Below, in pieces: positions 51,501 to 60,500 of a stretch of 64,000 nucleotides of DNA. The stretch comes from Podarcis gaigeae. Taxonomy: Eukaryota. The translations under genes and the position numbers were made by a program. Below the pieces are notes generated by a model, which saw nothing but the letters and a program-made list of their open reading frames with translations, was not told the DNA's origin and did not search any database. The stretch lies in assembly GCA_964106915.2 (NCBI GenBank), contig OZ066918.1; one strand, 5' to 3'. Each line of letters starts with the position of its first letter. The stretch's first letter is position 1.

Positions 51501-54500
51501 GAATCCAGACCCCCCCCCCAAGTCCAGTATCTCTCATGCAGATAGGCCACACAGGTGCAAGGTAACGTTTTCCAAATACTGGCTGGAAGTTCATGGAGGG
51601 ATAGCAGGAAGACAGACGCAATGATAGCCAGTAAGTGGTAGCAAGGACAGGTGTGATATATATATTGATATATATATATATATTTGCTTTCGTAGATTTT
51701 CACGGGTACAGGAATGCAGGTTTTGGTGTCCTCGGGTGTCTTCCCGTGTAAAAGTTGGGGTGTCTAGGCGACGTTTCGACGAGGTCTCACTCGTCATCTT
51801 CAGGCTGGTGCTTTCGGCTTCTTGTTACTGGAACAGAGCGGGATCTCAATGTTTGAGTTCCTATAAATACTGTAGAGGGGGTGTGGTGTCTAGCCTCCAA
51901 TGTTCTGGGCAGAGAGGAAGTTCCCAGGCTAGTGTGCCTTTTCTTCTTTTGTTCCTTAATTACTTGAGAGATACCTTGAGTGATTTCTTGAGTGATATCC
52001 TGAGTACCACTTAGGTGGGTCATTAGGTGTGGATTAGTTGCTAAAGTCTTTGTGTCTTGACCTCTTGAACTTTGTGAAGAGTTTTCCTGAGAAGATGGCT
52101 GTATTGCACTTAGTTGTGCTTTGGCTTGGCTTCGTGTATAGGGGCGAGCTGTGGTTTTGTGGCTTGTGTCAGCCAGATCTGTGTAGGGATTGCAGGGGGG
52201 TGCAGCATCCGGTGCCCAGCCACGTACATTGGACAAACAAACAGACGAATAAATGCACGTATCGCAGAACACAAGAATGCCGTCAAAAAAGAAGAAAAAA
52301 CTTCCTCTCTTTTCCAACACATGAAAGAAACAGGACACGAAATTAATTTTGCAGATTCCAAATTGCTCTTTAACACGGAACATCACCACAAGAGAATAAT
52401 CATGGAAGCCATCGAGATAGAGAAACACCCTCACAACATGAACAAGCGTGACGACACATCCCGCTTGCCAGACATCTGGAAATTAGCCCTCCCCACAAAA
52501 ACTGACACCAGATCCAGAGGCACACAGAACGCCAACACCAATCAACCACACCAGACCCAAACCCAGACCCTCTCCACAGATGAATTACTGACACCATCCA
52601 GTAGCCAATCCATGGTGGCACCTCCGGATGCTGCACCCCCCTGCAATCCCTACACAGATCTGGCTGACACAAGCCACAAAACCACAGCTCGCCCCTATAC
52701 ACGAAGCCAAGCCAAAGCACAACTAAGTGCAATACAGCCATCTTCTCAGGAAAACTCTTCACAAAGTTCAAGAGGTCAAGACACAAAGACTTTAGCAACT
52801 AATCCACACCTAATGACCCACCTAAGTGGTACTCAGGATATCACTCAAGAAATCACTCAAGGTATCTCTCAAGTAATTAAGGAACAAAAGAAGAAAAGGC
52901 ACACTAGCCTGGGAACTTCCTCTCTGCCCAGAACATTGGAGGCTAGACACCACACCCCCTCTACAGTATTTATAGGAACTCAAACATTGAGATCCCGCTC
53001 TGTTCCAGTAACAAGAAGCCGAAAGCACCAGCCTGAAGATGACGAGTGAGACCTCGTCGAAACGTCGCCTAGACACCCCAACTTTTACACGGGAAGACAC
53101 CCGAGGACACCAAAACCTGCATATATATATATATATATATATTTCATAAAATGTATACATCACTAGATTATTGAAAGAAAAAAAAATACTCAAAGCGGTT
53201 TATAGAGAGAATAAAACAATGCTGGGGATACAGCTGCAAAGAGAGGGCAGGGACCCTGAGAGAGTCTTGTTCAGATACAGAATACCAGGACTGGCTCCAG
53301 GTTTTAAAGCCAGAGTGCCAGCTGGCAGGCCCCAGCAGACCTACTCGGCAGTGGCAATGGGGTAGCATGTACCAGGCAGCACCACTGCAATGCAGTGCTG
53401 AGCAGCTGGGCCCATAATGATTCAGAGCAGTGCTGCATTGGGGGGCATTGCAGAAAATTTTAAATAGCAGCTCAGATACAGCCTCCCAACAAAGGGGTGG
53501 GGGTGGGAGGCATAAGCATAGCTGGGGGAAATTCTGCTGGCGCTCCAGCAGCTGCGCCAGCCTTCTGCATAGGGAACTCAAGTGAGCCACTTCATCTTGG
53601 TGCAGGGACTGATTACTCTTCCAAGCTCCGCCTGGCAGCAGAGAGTGAAAGGGATTAAAGGTCCCTGTCACTCGGACCTTTGCACAGTTTATGGCACCAG
53701 AGCTTTTGGCTGCCTCAAGCAAAGGTTCTCAGAGGCAAGTGGAGTCTTGGGTAGTGGATGACAGTGCCTTGCTGGCCAGATGCACAGGAGGACAGAACAA
53801 CTGCGCTTTTAACTGTTGAGTAGAAGAGGGAAATTCAGGAGGTGTAGCTGCTGAAACTCCCTCTTCCATACAACCATTAAACTTACAGGAGCCCCATCCT
53901 CTTGTGGATCTGGACACTCCAGATCTATAGTGAGGTATATAAGAACTGTTTGTACCATCAGCTGCTCATGCTTTTTAAAATAACTTGTTCAATTACTTTT
54001 AATATAAATGTGTAAAACATTTTAAAACTTTTACATATGCGTGTTTCTCTATATCCACTCCGGTCACCTAGCAGGTACTCACTCTGAATAGCTTCTTTTG
54101 TTCTCCCTTACCAAAGGCTGCTAGTCTGGCTCCACTGACATTCTGCCAAAACAGAGTGGGGGTCAGCAACCTTTTTCAGCAGTGGGCAGGTCCACTGTCC
54201 CTCAGACCATGTGGTGGGCCAGACTATATTTTGAAAAAATATATATATGAATGAATTCCTATGCCCCACAAATAACCCAGAGATGCATTTTAAATAAAAG
54301 CACACATTCTGCTCATATAAAAACACGCTGATTCCCAGACCGTCCGCGGGCCGGATTGAGAAGGCGATTGGGCCGCATCCAGCCCACGGGCCTTAGGTTG
54401 TCTACCCCTGCATTAGAAAGTTCTAGGTATAGTCCCTATAAAGTGGCAGTGCCTGGGCAGCCAACTGCTTGAGAAAAAGGTTGCTAGAATGCTGCCTTAC

Positions 54501-57500
54501 TGGTAGAAACAACTGCTGCTAACTGCTAGACTTAAGAACCCTGTAGTCATGACCTAACTCTCCACAGCCAAGATAGATTTTGCAGCTGATCTTGTGGCCT
54601 TTTTTTTTTTAAGTCTACTGCCTGTCCCTGAAACAAGAAATGTTTTCTGCAGAGAAGGGCAGGCATGCTTCATTCACGGGCCAGGTTTTATCCAATCTTA
54701 GGCTCTATCTAATCCGTTTATCTGGAATGGGAGAATAGTTTTCCTGTAAGTCAAGTGTGCTGGTGACGATACCCAGGATTTATCGCATTCTCCTCCAACA
54801 TGCAGTGTCATAGACTTTGTTGAGCCATCTGGGTTTAGTTCATGAAACCTGTTCCCTATTGGTCAAACCAGATGATCTTCAGATTCCTTGTGGCCCTATA
54901 GTGCTACAAGGATCGTTTTATGTTGAGGGTGGGGAGCATGTGGCTCTCCCATCATTTCTGCCCACTGACCATGCTGCTTGGGGCTGATGGGAGTTAAAGA
55001 GTACAGCAATATCTGGAGCACCACAGGTTTCCCATGCCTGGTTTCTGTGAACCCAGAGGAATTAGCAAGAAGTGGAAGGCTCTGGTCCTGTGCTATGACC
55101 ATGTCACCATGCCTTTCAGGAGGAGCATAGAGGTGTCTGCCATCTGCCGGTACAACATCTCTGAAGTGCGGGCAGCCTTCGAAGGGACTTACATGGAATA
55201 CCAGGACTCCTCCCGCAAGTGGTCCCAGTACACCGGGGAGGTGCCAGTGCCCCGGCCAGGATCAGTAAGTTACTTACCCAACTTAATAGCCCTTAAACAT
55301 CATTGATAATATTCTATTTAAGTCAGTTCGGAATAATGGCTGGCTTTTAGTTTTTGAACCTGAGTTTTGTTGGGTTGGTGCTGGAGGTTTTAATCAGTGT
55401 CAGACTTTATGGCTGGATTTTATCTACTGCTGTGTTGGTTTTTCTGATTTATAGTTTTGCTGTTCATTTTAATTTTATTTATTTGTCTGGCTGCATGTCA
55501 CCTAGAGAACAGTTTTTTATTAGGTGACTCATGCACAGAATAGCATAAATAAATAAATAATATCTTACTTTGCCTCTTGTCTCAGATAAAGGAGGCGGGA
55601 GGCACTCTCTTCCACCCAAGGAACACAAGAGTGCTCATAACTAAAATAGACTAATATGCACCATTTCATACTGAGGGTGAAGGTTGAGGGCTCCCCTACC
55701 CCCAAAAAATCCATACCAGCAGAAAAGTAGATGCTCCAATTAGGCTTTTCACAGGCATTCTAGGTTTGAGTTGCATGTAGGGTTGTGTTCAGTCTCTTAC
55801 CTGCAGATTGAAATACAACAAGCCTGTCAACTGGTGTATCAGAAGGGGTATTTGTTTATATGCTTTAGCTGTTAGAGCAGGGGTGGAGAACCTGTGGTCC
55901 TCCAGCTGTTGTTGGACCCCAGCTTCCATCAGTCTCAGCTAGCATGGCCAAAGGTCAAGGATAATGGGAGCTGAAGACCAGAAGCATCTTGAAGCTAGGT
56001 GTGCAAATAACACCCATTTCTCCTCTGCAGTGCATCACCAGTCGGGCTCGCAAGAATGGCTACAACACCTCCCAGGACCTGCCCAATGGTGTGCTGGATT
56101 TTATCAAGCTCCATCCACTGATGCATGAAGAGGTGAAGCCTGCGGATGGAGTCCCCCTGTTGGTGAAGAAAAATGCGGTTTATACCCAAGTAGCTGTAGA
56201 CAGAGTCGGAGCCCTGGATGGGCGAGTGTATGACATGCTCTTCTTGGGAACGGGTAGGTGTGTTTGCATTCCCCGTGCATATCTAAGTGTCTGTGTGTCC
56301 TCATCTGTTAGGACAGAACACACATCTAGGGAGGTTACTTGTTGTTCTCACCCCTCTCAACCTTGTATCGGAATGTAGAGGAGACAAAGAGTGCAACCCT
56401 ATTATGCTTTCTAAGCCTTCCAAACCTGTGTAGCTGAATCTGTGGTGTTTTTTTTAAATGAGAAACAGTTGGGGTTTCTGTATGCTGCAGAGCTTCCCTT
56501 TTCCTAAGCTGTTCCAGTGCCACTCAGTTCTAATTGACAGCTGCAAACAGACATACCTGTAAACAGGTATGGTTGCTTTCCTCCCCCCCCCCCCCCAGGT
56601 CATCCTTGCTTTTTCTGGCTTTTGCTCTTCAAAGGACACAGAGAATCAAAGGTTGATTATCTGTTCTTCTTTGCCCCTTTTCCGTCACTTAGGCAGGCTT
56701 TGTGGGTTTTTGTCTCTCTCAAACATAAAAGGTTATATTCCTCTTAAGTTCTACTCCAAGTGATGCTTTTTTGATGACAAAACCCCAGCATCAAATCAGT
56801 TCTGGAAAATTGCTCTGAGAAAGGGAGTGATGGTTTCATGATTGCCAGTGAAGTTCCACTATAGAACTTGGGCAGTTACAACTTTGTGCCTGTTTAGAAT
56901 TCAGTTGAACTCCTCTCAGAACTACAAATCCCATTATTCTGGGGAGAGGAAAAGAACAGGAAAAGAAGTGACAAAACTGTTGTCCTGCAGCATAGACTGG
57001 CTCTACAGTGTTCAGGCACACTTAGGCTTCTTGTAAATCTGGAAGTAGACAGATCCTCTCACTTGCCACCCAGACCCTACACAGGGCTAGCACCTTGAAT
57101 TTTGCCTGCATGACTGATGTCAAGAATGAGACTGTGTTCGAAATTGCCTTTTTAATGTTTACTCCCCTTTAACAGGTAATGGCTGGATTCACAAGGCTGT
57201 GGTCATTGGTTCCATGGTCCACATCATCGAGGAGATCCAGGTCTTCAAAGCCCCCCAGCCTGTGGAGAACCTTGTCATCTCTAAAAAGCAGGTACATGTG
57301 GCTTCAGACCCCACCCAAATGCTCTTGGTGAAGGCACACATGCACTGTGAAAAAGCAAAGCACCAACAAGGGTGCAGTAAACAAATGTTGGGAACAGGCC
57401 TATGTCAGCTGGAGAACCAATTCAGGATAGTCTGGACTTCATTGCTAACCTATGTCCTGCACACTTCTCTCTACCAAAGTTGTAAGATAGTCACCTTTTT

Positions 57501-60500
57501 TTCATACCACTGTAACAGGAAAGAACTATCCATATTAGCAAACGCTCTGTCAAGGTGTGGTTCCCCTTTACACCTTTCACCTTGGAAGGAAAAAGAATCA
57601 TAAGCTTGTGGAACGTGGGTGGTGTTTTTCTTATGTATTCTGATTCTGTGCAGTCTCTGCCAATAGGCAGCCCTCAATAAAACTGTGCCTTGAGGGTGTT
57701 TATTTGGCTTTGCCTGTAGCTAAGGTGGTTCCCACCCAGTGTCCAAAGGCCCTGTCATGCGCTGTCCTGCCTCGTTAGAGCCCTTTGCTCAGCAGTCTGG
57801 AGCTTGTTCCTCCACATTCCTTGCAAAGCTGCACAAGTTTAAAAGCTTCCCTTTCCAGCTCCCAGGAAGGACTGCCATTTTTTGTGACTTAACAGATTCA
57901 ATTCTGTATGCATAATTTGCATGCCGCCTTTTCACCATCCAAACCATGCTCAAGGCGGCTTATGACATAAATTCAGCATAACGAAAGAAGTCATAAATAA
58001 ACAAAACATCAAAAAATACACAACCAAGCTGAACAATTTCCACATAAATCACAAGGTCTAAAATAAAGATACACAAAAATCAACAGCAACAACCCCCCCC
58101 CCCAGCAACAAAACACCCCAGCCCAAGAGTCTGTTCAGCAGCCTCAACTGATCCAGACCCCACCCTCACAGGCCAGGTGGGAAAAGGCTTGCAAGGCAGG
58201 GAGCAGGTCTTCCAGCCAATATGCTTTGTGACTCTATGATGACAAGCAGGAGGGGGGAAAATCACTAGATTAGAACCTCCATCCTAGCAAATGCTGCATC
58301 TGTTGAATTCTTCAGTTCCCGTCAGGCAAAACAGCAGCAGCCCTATTTGTAGCTCAGTCCCTAGTTCCTTTCTCAGTGTGACAGTGAAGGTTTATGCCTC
58401 CCTGGTACAGCTGTCAGGGGAACTTGTGTGATGTACTGCAGGTGGGATGATATTTTAGTACTATAATATGTGCAGTCATGTGTGGTTCTGCAGGCTCCTC
58501 TGGATCTTGTTAAGACTACAATTCCCATCATCCTTGACCACTGACCGTGTGCTGGGGGTCACAGGAGTTGCAGTGCAGCTACATATGGAGGGTACCACAT
58601 GGGCTAACACCCTTCCTGCTTTCTCTTTGGGCTCTTTTTCTAGGACTGCCACTTTTTTGTTTTTTACTGGCTCTGCCCCAGTTCCTTGCATTAACCATCA
58701 GCCAGACATGCAAATATTTAGTTGGTTGTGTTTTTCCTGGCTTGGAGATAAAAAGGGTGGAGAAAGCTTAGCCAGGCAAACGCCTGCATGTCATGCTGCT
58801 GTTAAAGGGAAATAATGTAGATGGGACTCAAGGAGGGACTTTTCCTGGCCTTTGTTCTTTCTCTTTCATTTCAAGCATCTCCCTCCGAGCGGTCAGCGGG
58901 GAATGCAACTCTGCCCTCAGACTTTTTTTGATGTTAGGGTGGCTTTGGAGAGGCAGCAAATCTACGCACCAGGTGATGAACACGTACAGCAGTAGGATAG
59001 CCTTGAGCTGGGAAGGATAAATGGCTGCAGGGTGACCCCAGTGACTTACTCTGGTTCCCTGCTTCCCTCTGCTGGTCAAACACTGGTGCTGAAGCTACCT
59101 GTTACCAACACATGATATTGAATGTACCAGCTATAGCTGAGCCCAGCTTCTATAAAAATCCTGGCTTCCAGTTCTGCCTTTTAAGTCATTCCAAGGTATG
59201 GTCTGAAAGCCACCACTTTGCTGAAGTGAAGCAGGTCTAGTCAGCACCTGGAAGAGTGGCTACCTGGGAACAATGTATTTGCCACCTTAGGTTCCATGGC
59301 AGAAGAAAGGCAAGATATGAATGTAAGAAAAATAATACCGTGTTTTTCCGTGTATAAGATGCCCCCATGTATAAAACACTCCCTATTTTAGGGAACTCCA
59401 AATTAAGATAACACCCCTCAGCACTACCCATGTATAAGACGAGCCCCAATTTTAAACCTCATTTTTTGGTTAAAAAACATAGTCTTCTACATGGAAAAAT
59501 ACAGTAATTAACCTGGGCCTTGAAGCATTGCACCTTACATTGCCTTTCAACAGTTAATTGGATGTTTCAGTTCCCTGCCTTTGCATCTCTGCTGAGTGCA
59601 TGTCCTGTTTTTCCTCTCTTTGCAGAGGAGTCTGTATGTGGGGGCTCAGAGTGGAATTCTGCAGTTACCATTTTCCTCCTGCAAGCGCTATGTCTCCTGC
59701 TTTGATTGTATTCTGGCCCGAGACCCATACTGTGGCTGGGATGGCGAGACCTGCAGAGAAGTAGCCGAGATGCTGGACAGGTAATTGAAAACTGACTACA
59801 AAGACCTGGAAGTTTATATAACACTGTGTACCTGTTACAGTAGTACCTTGGGTTAAGAACGTAATTCTTTCTGGAGGTCTGTTCTTAACCTGAAACTGTT
59901 CTTAACCTGAGGTACCAGTTTAGCTAATGGAGCCTCTCACTGCTGCCGCGCTGCCGGAGCATGATTTCTGTTCTCATCCTGAAGCAAAGTTCTTAATCTG
60001 AGGTACTATTTCTGGGTTAGCAGAGTCTGTAACCTGAAGCGTCTGTAACCTGAGATACCACTGTACTTGCATGTGGAGTATACTTGTGCACAAACTGGAG
60101 CAGGGCGATACTTTTGAACCTACCCTGTTCATTCCTCAAATGCTGGATATTTGGTTGTTGTTTTTAAACAACTTCCCATTGGGTGTGTTTGTCCGACTAA
60201 GGCAGCCAATATGTGAGCTCCTGCTGGAACTCCACATGACTGGGACACCAAGTTGCCTGGATGTCCCAGTCAGGCAGATGCCCTGCAGGCAAGGAGGAGC
60301 TCATACACTGACCATGCTCAATGCAGCTATTGAAGAAAAGAAGACTTGAGGTGGGTTAAACATGTGCTCCCCACTCTGGTCTGTACTCAGGCATGTCCTA
60401 CATATGAGTAATGCATGCATACAGCTTGCATCCAAGACCAATGTTCGCCAATACTTGGTGAAGCCAGGGCTCTGTTAAGGCACCACTAATGTGCTTCTGC

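Larger units (their letters stand above)
51684..53122 (+). mobile_element. 5'-truncated Penelope-like retroelement (PLE) with inverted pLTR: left arm 51714-52212 (minus, plus ~30-nt tail 51684-51713), unique spacer 52213-52623, right arm 52624-53122
   Basis: The arms are reverse complements (end coordinates both sum to 104836, and ORFs 51787..52434(-) and 52114..53049(+) share an identical C-terminus). The spacer encodes a GIY-YIG endonuclease fragment. A hammerhead motif lies in each arm and (TA)n flanks both ends. Confidence 0.92.

Noticed and set aside
51787-52434. 215-aa minus-strand ORF and mirrored ORFs (51736, 52038, 52400, 52822)
   Set aside because: Products of the inverted repeat, not independent genes.
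52114-53049. 311-aa ORF as an intact standalone nuclease gene
   Set aside because: It starts at GTG inside the antisense arm, the GIY motif and RT are missing, and it is a chimera made by the inversion.
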